NCBI GenBank assembly: GCA_947167855.1
Contig: CAMVJR010000001.1
Location: 1-63,308 of the forward strand
Direction of reading: 5' to 3'
DNA: 63,308 bases
DNA from: an uncultured Bacteroidales bacterium
GTDB lineage: Bacteria; Bacteroidota; Bacteroidia; Bacteroidales; UBA932
The position numbers and the translations under genes were made by a program. The stretch's first letter is position 1. Each line of letters begins with the position of its first letter. The notes below the pieces were generated by a model. It did no database searches, was not told the origin of the DNA, and saw only the letters and a program-made list of their open reading frames with translations. Shown one piece after another: positions 18,344 to 28,369 of this stretch.

Positions 18344-19648
18344 CTAGTCGTCCTCTTCCGGTTCCTGATAGGTCAGATGGGCGTCTTCAATCATCTGGCG
18401 GTAGTACTTCTCCACATCGGACCAATGATAATAAGGATAGCAGTTGGTCTTGACGGGAATGGAGGTCTCGTTCTCGTTCATCAGGAACTTTACCAGAATA
18501 TCTTTTGAACCCTTCTTGCGGAAGAAGACCCACTGGATATTGGCCGCCATGGGGATGAGCCGGAAGATGGAGAACTGCGTGTGCAGGTTTTCCATGTCGT
18601 CGGTGGCGCCGGTGGCCTCCTGGAAGCCCAGGGCAAAGGCGAACGGCAGCACCACGCTGTCGTGGCCAAAGCGCAGGCGCAGGCCGTATCCGCCGGAAGC
18701 GATCATGGCATCGGCCTCATCCAGGAAATTCTGCAGCAGCGGATAAATGCGGATATAGCTCTTCTTGGAGCCCGGCATCAGGCCTTCCCACAGGCACCAG
18801 CTGGCGTTGTAGGCGCGGAAGCCGTCAATCATGCCCTCTTCCCCGAAAACGTCGTCAAACCGCAGGTTCAGCTCGGGCAGGCAGTACATATCGGCCGCCA
18901 CGTTGTACAGGTCGTCGGCAAAGGTATAACGGTCAATGAAGGTCTTGGCCCGGTCCGGATCCGTAAAGAGGGCCTCCAGCTGGGGCTTCCCGCTGAGCAT
19001 CTTCCGCTTGAACTTCTTGAGCAGGCTGTAGAGTTCGTCGTCCCGGGGATCGTCGGGCACCGCAATGGATTTGTTGGCCTTGATGTAGTACAGGTCTTCC
19101 TCGCGGGCTTTCATCTCTATCTGATAGCCCTCATTCAGGCTCTGGAGTTCCTCGCAGAAGAACTGCATGCTGCTGATCACGCGCTTGGAGGTGGAGGCGT
19201 TGGCCTTCACTTCCAGCGGACGGGTCATCAGGGAAGGATAATTCTCATACATGCGCTTGGCAATGGCCTTGTGCTGCAGGGAGCCCAGGCGGGTAAGCTT
19301 GCCGGCGCGGTACTTGGCATCCGTGGCGGCCAGGATGATGCGGTTGCGCACGTCTTTTCCGTACTCGGTGAGGATGCCCAGCGACAGGGCCGTGTCCAGC
19401 TGGTGACGCAGCCGGCGATAATGCTTGTCACTGGTCATGTAACGGGCTCCGTGACGGCCGTAATGGCTAATGTAGAAGGGTTCATAGCCCTTGGGTGCCG
19501 GGGTAAGATGGCCGGTAGGGTTGGGATAATTGGCATAATTGCCGGCCGTCAGCTCCATGTGGGAAAGGAGCTCCTCACGGGAAGTCTGGGCGCTGGCCGT
19601 CCAACCCACCAAAAGAAGGAGTACGAATGAGAATTTGATCAGTTTCAT
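18344..19648 (-). CDS. Secreted histidine acid phosphatase
   Basis: Signal peptide; HYGRHGARY and FGHD catalytic motifs. Confidence 0.9.
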   Translation of the reverse strand: MKLIKFSFVLLLLVGWTASAQTSREELLSHMELTAGNYANYPNPTGHLTPAPKGYEPFYISHYGRHGARYMTSDKHYRRLRHQLDTALSLGILTEYGKDVRNRIILAATDAKYRAGKLTRLGSLQHKAIAKRMYENYPSLMTRPLEVKANASTSKRVISSMQFFCEELQSLNEGYQIEMKAREEDLYYIKANKSIAVPDDPRDDELYSLLKKFKRKMLSGKPQLEALFTDPDRAKTFIDRYTFADDLYNVAADMYCLPELNLRFDDVFGEEGMIDGFRAYNASWCLWEGLMPGSKKSYIRIYPLLQNFLDEADAMIASGGYGLRLRFGHDSVVLPFAFALGFQEATGATDDMENLHTQFSIFRLIPMAANIQWVFFRKKGSKDILVKFLMNENETSIPVKTNCYPYYHWSDVEKYYRQMIEDAHLTYQEPEEDD

Positions 19649-19715
19649 AGTCTTGGTTCTGTTATGACAGAACAAAGATAATCAAAAACTCATTCGTACT
19701 CTCCGGGAGTCCTTC

Positions 19716-20168
19716 CTATTTTAAGAGCTGATGTCCTTTGAAGGTGGTGGGGATGTCACCGAAATTCAGGGAGAACTCCAGGGATCCGTCCTTGATGCTG
19801 CCCGTAAGGTTGGTCACCGTGTAACGCGGGAACTCACCGCCCATGGCCAGCGGAATCACCTCGTCGCAGATGAGGATGACTTCCGTGGAAGTGGCGGTAA
19901 GCCCCACGTGGGGGATGGTTACGTCAATGGTCACCGGCATCTGGGGCACAAAACGGATCTTGAAGATGGTGATGGAAGCGGTCTTGCCGTCCTCGGAAGG
20001 AGTGAAATTCACTTCAATGTTCTCATTGTCGTAGGGTTCACCCTGGTACTGTACCGTTACCGTTCCCTGGTAATCGGCCGTCTCGGGGACAATGACTTCC
20101 GGTTCTATTTTGTTGCAGGCCAGCAGGGCAAGGGCTGCCAGGGCCACAAACAGTTTGTTCGTTTTCAT
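19716..20168 (-). CDS. Calycin-like beta-barrel lipoprotein
   Basis: Lipobox LLAC; all-beta pattern; directly downstream of a TonB receptor. Confidence 0.7.
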   Translation of the reverse strand: MKTNKLFVALAALALLACNKIEPEVIVPETADYQGTVTVQYQGEPYDNENIEVNFTPSEDGKTASITIFKIRFVPQMPVTIDVTIPHVGLTATSTEVILICDEVIPLAMGGEFPRYTVTNLTGSIKDGSLEFSLNFGDIPTTFKGHQLLK

Positions 20169-20173
20169 GATTA

Positions 20174-22348
20174 CTAATAATTTATGCTAATACCTAATAA
20201 TATGTTGCAGGGTCTTTCCAGGGAGAAGAACTCCCGTCCCACGGATTTGAAATAAAAGTTCCGACCTGTACGCCCCGTCAGGTTCTCTCCTCTCAGCCAG
20301 ATTTCCCAATGGGAGAAAGATAGCGCTATGCGGGTTTCTGGTCTGATATGGACAGGCTCCTGCAGGAGTCCTGTCTCGTCCCAAGAGAGAGGACCATAGG
20401 CACGGACAGAGGCACTGAGATGAAGGCTAACAGTAGTAAAAGAGTGTCGCCAGGCCGCGCTGGCAAAGGCCGTATGGGCCGGAACATAAGGGATTCGGTT
20501 GCCGGAATAGTCGTGATTTCCGTCGTTGTAAGAGACAAAGCGGGCATCACACCAGGCATAGGAAGCATGGAAGTGGAAGGCCCCCGGAGTCCAGTCCAGT
20601 TCGGCCTCGGCGCCCAGGCTCCGGCTGGCCCCGGCGTTGGTCATCATCCGTCCGGTGGATTTTCCCGGAGGGTATACCGTGAGCTGCTGATTGCGCACAT
20701 CCATGTAGTAGAGGGTGGCTTCGGCCCTGAAATTCTCCTTCACCAGACGGGCACCCGTTTCAAAATTCCAGGCCGACTCGGGCTTGTAACGGGTGTTCTC
20801 TGCGCCAACGGAAGTGGGGATGTTATCCAGGTACACGCCAAGATCTTTCATCAGCGCAGTCATCGTCTGGCTTTGGAGAATGTCGGAAAAGATTTGGGTA
20901 TTGAAGCCGCCGGCCCTGTATCCCTTCGAAACGCTTCCAAAGAGGGACACGTGGTCGGAGGCTTCAAAAAGGGCCGATACCTTGGGCAGCACCTGCAGAC
21001 CGGAGGAATGCGGGAGCGTGCCCCGGTAAGGGACTTGGAAGGCTTTATCGGCCTTCATGGTGGGGACAAAGCGATAATGGAGGTTGGCCAGGCAGTCGTA
21101 GTCCATCACACCTCCTTCGTAATCCAGCCGGAGACCGGCCGTCAGGCGCCAGCGTCCCAGCGGGAACACCGACTCGTGAAAGAGGGCGGCGCCATAGGTG
21201 TGGATACCAAAGTCGGAGGCAATGAGGAGGTGCTCGTCGGGGATGCTCAGATAGCCAATCTCCTCCGGAATATTCTTATTGGCGTTTTCCAGGATCAGGG
21301 TCTCTATGCCGGTACGGCCAAAGGTAACGGGAGCGTGCATCCGGTTGTACCGGTAGAAGGTAAACACGCCCGTAGAAGGCAGCCAGTGCTCTTTCCTGCT
21401 CTTCAGAATTACTTCTGCCGTGGCGGTAGCGCTGTTCTGGGCCTGTTGGAGGGTAAAGACGTCCTGCGGCGTAAAGTCCTGGTCCATGTGCATGTCGTCG
21501 GACAGCAGCTGCAGGGAGCCGGTTCCGTCCAGCGTGAAGGAATCCCCGGTATAGTGGAAACCCACCCCGTCTATGACGGAAAGCCGGCGGTAACTGCCCT
21601 CACCGTTATAGGACACGGGATGCAGGACTCCGTCCTCGTACAGGCCGTAAGCGAAACCGCCTTCCTGGGACAGGGTGGCAAACAGGCTGTTGGACCAGCG
21701 GGTCTTGCCGGTAGGATCCTGCTCCCACTTCCAGCGCAGGGAAAGGCCGTTGTAGGGGTTGCAGAGTGTACCTTTGTACTCGTTGCGGTCCCAGCCGGCA
21801 TTGTGCTTGAAGCCGGCCGTTACAACGTGCCTTCCAAAAGAGGCCGTCACGCCCGCCCGGAGGGTCCGGGCCAGGCCCGCCTCCACATAGGCGTTCAGAT
21901 GCCGGTTCCCGTCGGGGGAAGCGGACTCCAGAACCAGGGTTCCGCTCATGGAGTTTCGGCCATATAACGTAGCCTGGGGACCTCTCATCAGGGCGGCGAA
22001 GCGGATGCCGGTCCAGTCAAAGTCGTAGGCGTTCTTGTCCATGACGGGAATACCGTCCACATACAGTCCCATGGAAGGATTCTCCATACGGGAGCCTACG
22101 CCCCTAAGGTAGATGGTAGAGGTAAGGGACGCGCCATACTCCGGAATCAGGAGACTGGGCACCAGGGCCGATAGTCTCCCCTGCCCCACCACACCATCGG
22201 CCTTAAGGTCGGCCGGCAGCAGCACGCTCACGGGAGCCGCCAGCTTTTCCAGGGGTACGCTTTCCTTGAATGCCTTGGCATACGCTGGAGGCAGGGTATC
22301 AATGGGCGGCGCGAAGGAAATCAGGATGGACAGGACAGCAGGAAGCAC
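20174..22348 (-). CDS. TonB-dependent receptor
   Basis: Plug motifs IYLRG, GLYVDG and RGPQATLYG; SKGYRAGGFN; aromatic C-terminus. Confidence 0.92.
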   Translation of the reverse strand: MLPAVLSILISFAPPIDTLPPAYAKAFKESVPLEKLAAPVSVLLPADLKADGVVGQGRLSALVPSLLIPEYGASLTSTIYLRGVGSRMENPSMGLYVDGIPVMDKNAYDFDWTGIRFAALMRGPQATLYGRNSMSGTLVLESASPDGNRHLNAYVEAGLARTLRAGVTASFGRHVVTAGFKHNAGWDRNEYKGTLCNPYNGLSLRWKWEQDPTGKTRWSNSLFATLSQEGGFAYGLYEDGVLHPVSYNGEGSYRRLSVIDGVGFHYTGDSFTLDGTGSLQLLSDDMHMDQDFTPQDVFTLQQAQNSATATAEVILKSRKEHWLPSTGVFTFYRYNRMHAPVTFGRTGIETLILENANKNIPEEIGYLSIPDEHLLIASDFGIHTYGAALFHESVFPLGRWRLTAGLRLDYEGGVMDYDCLANLHYRFVPTMKADKAFQVPYRGTLPHSSGLQVLPKVSALFEASDHVSLFGSVSKGYRAGGFNTQIFSDILQSQTMTALMKDLGVYLDNIPTSVGAENTRYKPESAWNFETGARLVKENFRAEATLYYMDVRNQQLTVYPPGKSTGRMMTNAGASRSLGAEAELDWTPGAFHFHASYAWCDARFVSYNDGNHDYSGNRIPYVPAHTAFASAAWRHSFTTVSLHLSASVRAYGPLSWDETGLLQEPVHIRPETRIALSFSHWEIWLRGENLTGRTGRNFYFKSVGREFFSLERPCNILLGISINY

Positions 22349-22351
22349 GGT

Positions 22352-22666
22352 CTATTCCCCCTTTCTTTTGGATTCGTAATAGTTGTGACGGGCCGGATTC
22401 TCAGGGAACCAGCCTTTGAGCACACGCTCCTCCTGCTTGAAAACTTCGTGGATGCTCCAGAAACTGGAGAAGGCCACGGCACCGGTAAGGGTGGAGCCAA
22501 CAAAAGAATGGATAAACAGCGAAGCAACCGCACAAATCATTCCAAAAATCAAGAAAAACCACCAGACCTTTCTTCCCCATCGGTATTCGAAGCAGATTAC
22601 CAGCGGGTGAAAGAGGCCGATGCAGGCAAAAACGGCTGCACCTATAATAATCCCATTCCAGTTCAT
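22352..22666 (-). CDS. DUF4491-family membrane protein
   Basis: IGLFHPLVI.FEY and QEERVLKGWFPENP motifs. Confidence 0.88.
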   Translation of the reverse strand: MNWNGIIIGAAVFACIGLFHPLVICFEYRWGRKVWWFFLIFGMICAVASLFIHSFVGSTLTGAVAFSSFWSIHEVFKQEERVLKGWFPENPARHNYYESKRKGE

Positions 22667-22802
22667 AACTTTGCTCTTATTTTTCGGGAAGCAAAGATAG
22701 AAACTCAGCCCTTATTTTTTTAGAAGAAAATAGTCGCTAATTAGGACATTATAGGCTATCTGCAAAAAAATGATTATCTTTGGGGCAATTAATAACCTGC
22801 GT

Positions 22803-23813
22803 ATGAAAAAGACTACCCTGGCCCTGATGGCCCTTGTGCTCTTCCTCTCCTGCTCGGCCGGGAACGGCTGGGTCACCGTAAAAGGAAACAAATTCGTAGA
22901 TCCCCAAGGACAGGAGATCGTGTTCCGGGGCCTCTGCTGCTCGGATCCTGTCAAACTGGTAAACGAAGGCCAGTGGAAAGAGGAGTACTTTGCCGAGGCC
23001 GCCACCTGGGGCGCCAACATCGTACGCTTTGCGGTACATCCGTCCAACATCAATGCCCTGGGCTGGGACCGCACCTTCGAGGTAATGGACCAGGGTATTG
23101 AATGGGCCAAGCAATACGGCCTGTACGTCATTATGGACTGGCATTCTATTGGCAACCTCAAAGAAGAACGGTTTACAGCCCCTTACTACAACACCACAAA
23201 GGCCGAAACGTTCAAGTTCTGGCGCACGGTGGCACAGCATTACAGGAACGAGCCCACGGTAGCCCTGTACGAGCTTTACAACGAGCCCACCGTCACGGCC
23301 CCCGGCGTGGGAGACTGCTCCTGGACAGAATGGAAACAGCTGCAGGAACAGATTATCGATACCGTCCGAACCTACAATCCCAACGCCGTCTGCCTGTGCG
23401 CGGGATTCGACTGGGCCTACGACCTCACCCCCGTGGCACAGGAGCCCATAGACCGGCCCAACATAGCCTACGTCTGCCATCCCTACCCCATGAAAAGCCC
23501 GGAGCCCTGGGCAGAGAACTGGGAAAAAGCCTTTGGTTACGTGGCCGATACCTATCCCGTCATCTGCACGGAAATAGGCTTCTGCCTGGAGAACGAGCCG
23601 GGAGCCCATATCCCGGTGATTTCCACCGAGGCCTATGGGGAACAGATTACCGGGTACCTGGACAGCAAGGGCATCTCCTACACCATCTGGTGTTTTGACA
23701 CCCGCTGGGCACCCAATTTAATCAGTGACTGGAATTACACGCCCACTACCCAGGGACGCTTCTTTAAAGCGCATTTGCAGCAATACACTCAATCTCAACC
23801 AGAGCGCCCTTAG
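22803..23813 (+). CDS. Glycoside hydrolase family 5 lipoprotein
   Basis: Lipobox FLSC; WGANIVR, MDWH, YNEP, HPY and CTEIG motifs. Confidence 0.92.
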   Translation: MKKTTLALMALVLFLSCSAGNGWVTVKGNKFVDPQGQEIVFRGLCCSDPVKLVNEGQWKEEYFAEAATWGANIVRFAVHPSNINALGWDRTFEVMDQGIEWAKQYGLYVIMDWHSIGNLKEERFTAPYYNTTKAETFKFWRTVAQHYRNEPTVALYELYNEPTVTAPGVGDCSWTEWKQLQEQIIDTVRTYNPNAVCLCAGFDWAYDLTPVAQEPIDRPNIAYVCHPYPMKSPEPWAENWEKAFGYVADTYPVICTEIGFCLENEPGAHIPVISTEAYGEQITGYLDSKGISYTIWCFDTRWAPNLISDWNYTPTTQGRFFKAHLQQYTQSQPERP

Positions 23814-24147
23814 GAAGGGTCTTCACAGCCACAGCACTGCGGGCCGGGAAAGGAGAAGCGAAGAACTGGGCATACACCTCGTTCATAGCGGCGAAGTCTC
23901 CCATATCGGCCAGAAAAACCGTAGTCTTGACCACGTTGGCCAGGGAAAGGCCGGCTTCTTCCAGGATGGCCTTTGCATTCAGGATGGACTGACGGGTCTG
24001 CTCCTGAACGCCGCCTTCCGGGAAAGCGCCCGTAGCGGGATCGATGGGAAGTTGTCCGGAAAGGAAAACAAGGCCGGCGCCGCTGTCAATGGCCTGGCTG
24101 TAAGGGCCGATAGCGGCCGGAGCTTTCTGCGTGCTGATGGGTTTCAT
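23764..24147 (-). CDS. ridA: RidA-family enamine/imine deaminase
   Basis: APAAIGPYSQA, SGQLP, PARSAV and VEIECIA motifs. Confidence 0.95.
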   Translation of the reverse strand: MKPISTQKAPAAIGPYSQAIDSGAGLVFLSGQLPIDPATGAFPEGGVQEQTRQSILNAKAILEEAGLSLANVVKTTVFLADMGDFAAMNEVYAQFFASPFPARSAVAVKTLPKGALVEIECIAANAL

Positions 24148-24165
24148 ATCGGATAGGTTAAAGAT

Positions 24166-25101
24166 TTATAACAGGAAGAAAAGGGCCACGCCCGTCATGC
24201 TCACCACCACGCCCAGGATTTCCTTGAAAGAGATGCGCTGGTGATAGATAAAGGCGTAAGGAATCAGGATAAACACCGGCGTGAGAGCCATCAGGGTAGA
24301 GGCAATACCGGCCGATGTATAATGCACGGCCATCAGGGACAGGGAAACGCCCAGCACCGGGCCGAAGAGGGTCACAACCAGCGCATACCTCATACCAACC
24401 CGGTCATGGAAAGCGGCTTTGAGCTGCGACGTCTGCCGATGCAGGGTCATCAGGAGAAGGAAGCCCAGACTGCCCACGATGGCCCGGATCATGGTAGAGG
24501 CAAAAGGCAGGAGCGCACCCATGGCTGCCGGCGCATCGGCCGGTACCAGCGTAGCGTAATGCTCCATACCCACCTTGGAAAGGACCAGGCCCACACCTTG
24601 TCCCAGACCGGCTCCCAGGCCCAGCAGAACGCCCTTGAGCGGGAGGGTCAGGCGCACGTGATGGCCTTCTCCCCGGCTCAGGATGGAGATGGCGATACCG
24701 CAAAGCGTGATCCCCATGGCAAACATGGATTTCCAGGTAAGGGTTTCTCCCAGGATGATCCAGCCGGCAATGGCGGCCATGGGCGGGGCCAGGGTCATAA
24801 AGAGCTGGCCAAAGCGGGCGCCTATGAAAAGGTAGCTGTTAAACAGGCACCAGTCTCCAAACACATAGCCCACCACGGCCGAAGCGGCCAGCCAGGCCCA
24901 TGCCTTGCCATCTGCATAGATGGGGTAAGGATGGCCGATGCCGATCCACAGGATCACGCCCAGGAAGACCGAGGCCAGCACCAGACGGATGACGTTGGTG
25001 GTCATGGAGCCCAGCCGGTGGCTGGCCTTGTCGGCGAACAAGGCGGTCACGGTCCAGGAAAGGGCCACGATGAGCGATATAATCTCTCCTAAATGAGGCA
25101 T
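24166..25101 (-). CDS. EamA/DMT transporter
   Basis: About 10 TM; TATCTTTG at 25110-25117 on the minus strand. Confidence 0.88.
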   Translation of the reverse strand: MPHLGEIISLIVALSWTVTALFADKASHRLGSMTTNVIRLVLASVFLGVILWIGIGHPYPIYADGKAWAWLAASAVVGYVFGDWCLFNSYLFIGARFGQLFMTLAPPMAAIAGWIILGETLTWKSMFAMGITLCGIAISILSRGEGHHVRLTLPLKGVLLGLGAGLGQGVGLVLSKVGMEHYATLVPADAPAAMGALLPFASTMIRAIVGSLGFLLLMTLHRQTSQLKAAFHDRVGMRYALVVTLFGPVLGVSLSLMAVHYTSAGIASTLMALTPVFILIPYAFIYHQRISFKEILGVVVSMTGVALFFLL

Positions 25102-25172
25102 TTGACTTGCAAAGATAGTATTACTTTTAGATTATCTATGGAGAAAAATAGTTTTTTTAATAACTTTGCGGC

Positions 25173-26021
25173 ATGAATACAATTTGGATAGTTCTCCCTA
25201 TTCTTACCATCTTGATGTTCGACCTGGGCTTAACGCTCAAACTGAAGGACTTCTACATGGTGGTCACCCGCCCCAAGGCCTTTTTCGTAGCCCTTACTGG
25301 ACAGATTATACTGCTTCCCCTCATTGCCCTGGGCCTGGGTACGGCGTTTCATCTGACACCGGTCTTTTTTATCGGCCTGATGCTCATCGCCTGCTCTCCG
25401 GGCGGCAGCTCCTCCAATATCTTTTCCAAGCTGGCGGGCGGAGACGTGGCCCTTTCGGTCACCCTCACGGCCATGAGCAGCCTCATCACGCTCATCACCC
25501 TTCCCCTGTTCATGGGCTGGGTCACCGCCGCTTCGGGCGCCCAGGTGGGCATCACCCTGCCGGTGGGCAACCTCCTCAAGCAGAATCTCCTGCTGATGCT
25601 GCTTCCCGTAGTCATCGGCCTGGTTATTAATTATTTCTGGGAAAACGCCGCCAAGGCCATCGACAAAGTGTTGTCCAAGGCCGCTTTCCCCGCCCTGATG
25701 CTGCTGGTCACCGTATTCTTTGCCCAGCACTACCGCACCATCTTTGCCAATCTGGGCCAGGTGGGCCTCTGCGTCACTGCCCTCATCCTGCTGGCCATCG
25801 GCTGCGCTTCCGGGCTGTCCCGCCTCTTCCATATCACCGGCCGCGAACGCCGCACCGTGAACATTGAAGTGGGCATGCAGAACGCCGCACAGGCCATTGC
25901 CCTGGCCACCAGCCCCTTTGTCTTTGCCAATCAGGAGATGGCCATACCCGCCATCCTCTACTCCCTTATGATGAATGTGGTGCTGCTTACCTACGTAGCC
26001 GTGGTCAAAAACAAGAAATGA
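25173..26021 (+). CDS. Bile acid:sodium symporter family protein
   Basis: SPGGSSSN, GDVALS and EVGMQN motifs; TAACTTTG at 25161-25168. Confidence 0.92.
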   Translation: MNTIWIVLPILTILMFDLGLTLKLKDFYMVVTRPKAFFVALTGQIILLPLIALGLGTAFHLTPVFFIGLMLIACSPGGSSSNIFSKLAGGDVALSVTLTAMSSLITLITLPLFMGWVTAASGAQVGITLPVGNLLKQNLLLMLLPVVIGLVINYFWENAAKAIDKVLSKAAFPALMLLVTVFFAQHYRTIFANLGQVGLCVTALILLAIGCASGLSRLFHITGRERRTVNIEVGMQNAAQAIALATSPFVFANQEMAIPAILYSLMMNVVLLTYVAVVKNKK

Positions 26022-27463
26022 ACGCAACCAAGAGAACGCTCATAGCACTCATCCCCCTCGGAGTGCTCATCTTCCTCCTGGCCCTGGATATCTACATCTT
26101 TGGGGCCGATTCCATCCTGGGAGCCTCGCAGGTGGCTCTGCTGGTATCGGCCGGCGTATGCATCGCGCTGTCCATCTGGCTGTACAAAACGCCCTGGAGT
26201 GCCTTTGAAGATGCCATCAAGGGCAATATAGGAGACGTCTCCAACGCCATCATCATCCTCTTCCTGATAGGCGCCATCTCCGGCACCTGGACCATGAGCG
26301 GCGTAGTTCCGGCCTTTATCTATTATGGCGTACAGATTATCAACCCCAAGGTCTTCCTGTTCACCGCCTGCGTGCTGTGCGCCCTGGTTTCCCTCATGAC
26401 GGGTTCGTCCTGGACCACCATAGCCACCGTGGGTGTGGCCTTGCTGGGCATTGGAAAGGCCGAAGGCTTCTCGGATGCCATGACGGCCGGCGCCATCATC
26501 TCCGGCGCCTACTTTGGAGACAAGATCTCCCCCTTGTCCGATACCACCGTGCTGGCCTCCTCCATCAACCGGGTAGACCTGTTCACGCACATCCGCTATA
26601 TGATGCTTACTACCGTGCCGTCCATCACCATCACGCTCATCGTGTTTGCGGTGCTGGGCTTCACGCACGGAGGCCAGTCCGGCAACGAGATGGAGATCTA
26701 CTCCACCCTGCTGGCTAATAAATTCCATATCACGCCCTGGCTCATGCTGGTGCCCGCCTTTACCGCCTACCTCATCTGGAAGAGAAGGCCGGCCATCATG
26801 GTCCTGGCCCTTTCCTCCCTGGCCGCTGCCGCCGCGGCCATCATCTTCCAGCCGGACATTGTCAAGGGCATTGGCGCCGCCGTAACGGAAGGCAGCAAGG
26901 CCAAGATCTACTTTACGGGTGTGGTGGAAATGATCTACAATTCAGTGTCTCTGGAAACGGGTCATCCGGACGTGAACCGCCTGGTCTCCAGCCGCGGAAT
27001 GCTGGGTATGCTCAATACCGTGTACCTTATCCTCTGCGCCATGTGCTTTGGCGCCAGCCTCAAGGCCAGCGGCATGATCCAGGACCTCTCCCGCCTCCTT
27101 TCGCCCTTTGCCAAGGGCCGAACGGGCCTGGTAGCCTCCACCGTGTTTACGGGAACTTGCCTGAACGGTATTGTATCCGACCAGTATCTCTCCATCATCC
27201 TTACCTCCAACCTGTACCGGGAGACCTTTGAAAAGCAGGGCTACGAGAACCGGCTGCTGAGCCGCAGCACGGAAGATTCGGCCACGGTGACCTCTCCCCT
27301 GTTCCCCTGGTCCAGTTGCGGCATGACGCAGGCAACCATCCTGTCCGTACCCACCCTGGTGTACGCACCTTTCTGCCTGTTTAACATCCTCTCGCCGCTG
27401 ATGTCTATTCTGGTGGCTATGATTGGCTGGAAGATTTACCGGCACGAAAAGCCTGCGGAGTAA
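26018..27463 (+). CDS. nhaC: NhaC-family Na+/H+ antiporter
   Basis: TGSSWTT, GAYFGDKISPLSDTT and LSRSTED motifs. Confidence 0.9.
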   Translation: MNATKRTLIALIPLGVLIFLLALDIYIFGADSILGASQVALLVSAGVCIALSIWLYKTPWSAFEDAIKGNIGDVSNAIIILFLIGAISGTWTMSGVVPAFIYYGVQIINPKVFLFTACVLCALVSLMTGSSWTTIATVGVALLGIGKAEGFSDAMTAGAIISGAYFGDKISPLSDTTVLASSINRVDLFTHIRYMMLTTVPSITITLIVFAVLGFTHGGQSGNEMEIYSTLLANKFHITPWLMLVPAFTAYLIWKRRPAIMVLALSSLAAAAAAIIFQPDIVKGIGAAVTEGSKAKIYFTGVVEMIYNSVSLETGHPDVNRLVSSRGMLGMLNTVYLILCAMCFGASLKASGMIQDLSRLLSPFAKGRTGLVASTVFTGTCLNGIVSDQYLSIILTSNLYRETFEKQGYENRLLSRSTEDSATVTSPLFPWSSCGMTQATILSVPTLVYAPFCLFNILSPLMSILVAMIGWKIYRHEKPAE

Positions 27464-27992
27464 GGCCGGTTTCGCGTTTAAAGAATTTGGTAAACGAGGC
27501 GTGGTCCGGGAAGTGAAGCTCCCGGGCCACTTCTTGTGTCCGGAGTTCCCCGGACAGAAGAAGGTCCTTCGCCTCCCTTATAACCTCAGCATTGACCCAA
27601 GCCATCACCGTCTGCCCGCTGGTCTTCTTGATCAAGGCACACAGATAATGCGGCGTAAGTTGCAGCCGCCTGGCATAAAACCCAATGTTCCGCTCCTGCA
27701 GGGCGTGCTTCTGCACCAGCCTTCGGAACCTCGCCAGCGTCCTCTGCGCCTTGTTGGCCCCCTCCGGCACCCGGTCCTTCCACACCTGCTCCATCCGCCT
27801 CATCTCCGTGGCCATCTCCTGCGCCAACCGGCCCAGCTCGTCCCACGCCTGCCTTTCGGCCCTGGTGGAAGGTCCCTGCCACTCCATCACCTCCCCCTCA
27901 TCTTCCATTTGCGCCAAAACCAGCCTCCGATCCCGGAAAGTCATTACAATTTGACCCTCCGAAATGGGAAATATGCCCTTTTTCGACTTCAT
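27417..27992 (-). CDS. AraC-family regulator with a short N-terminal domain
   Basis: FYARRLQLTPHYL...FTKFFKRETGLTP HTH. Confidence 0.88.
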   Translation of the reverse strand: MKSKKGIFPISEGQIVMTFRDRRLVLAQMEDEGEVMEWQGPSTRAERQAWDELGRLAQEMATEMRRMEQVWKDRVPEGANKAQRTLARFRRLVQKHALQERNIGFYARRLQLTPHYLCALIKKTSGQTVMAWVNAEVIREAKDLLLSGELRTQEVARELHFPDHASFTKFFKRETGLTPQAFRAGKSSSQS

Positions 27993-28268
27993 TTACCACA
28001 AATCTACGAATAATCGTAATAATTGACAAGAAATATTGTAATAATTATATAATTATATCAAATAATCATAATAATTAACAATAATTTGATTTATGATTGA
28101 TGTTTTTTGAGAATTCGATGATAAGGACCAAATTTGGCGTGAAATGTAACTGGTTGATTAATAGTTAGATGTATAATTCTTCCTCCGCATTTTGGAGAGG
28201 AGGATTAGTGTAAAGCGTTGATTGATAAACACTTCCATTTCACGGCTAGCTATTCTAAATCCGGAGGA

Positions 28269-28304
28269 AATTGGTTTTTCGGGCCCCGTCCCGAAAAATA
28301 ATTT
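28269..28304. repeat. 36-bp palindromic element, copy A
   Basis: AATTGGTTTTTCGGGCCCCGTCCCGAAAAATAATTT; 33/36 identical to 55240-55275. Confidence 0.8.
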
Positions 28305-28334
28305 CCGGAGGATGGTTGTGTAATTAATATTCTA

Positions 28335-28342
28335 TATATTTG
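28335..28342 (+). promoter_or_regulatory. -7 promoter element for the dipeptidase
   Basis: TATATTTG 28 nt before the ATG. Confidence 0.65.
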
Positions 28343-28369
28343 TAGATAGGAAAACAAAACACATTAGAT

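Noticed and set aside
23764-23813. Convergent 3' overlaps (GH5/ridA, also nhaC/AraC and EamA/kinase)
   Set aside because: Short tail-to-tail overlaps recur throughout this compact window and show no sign of special function.
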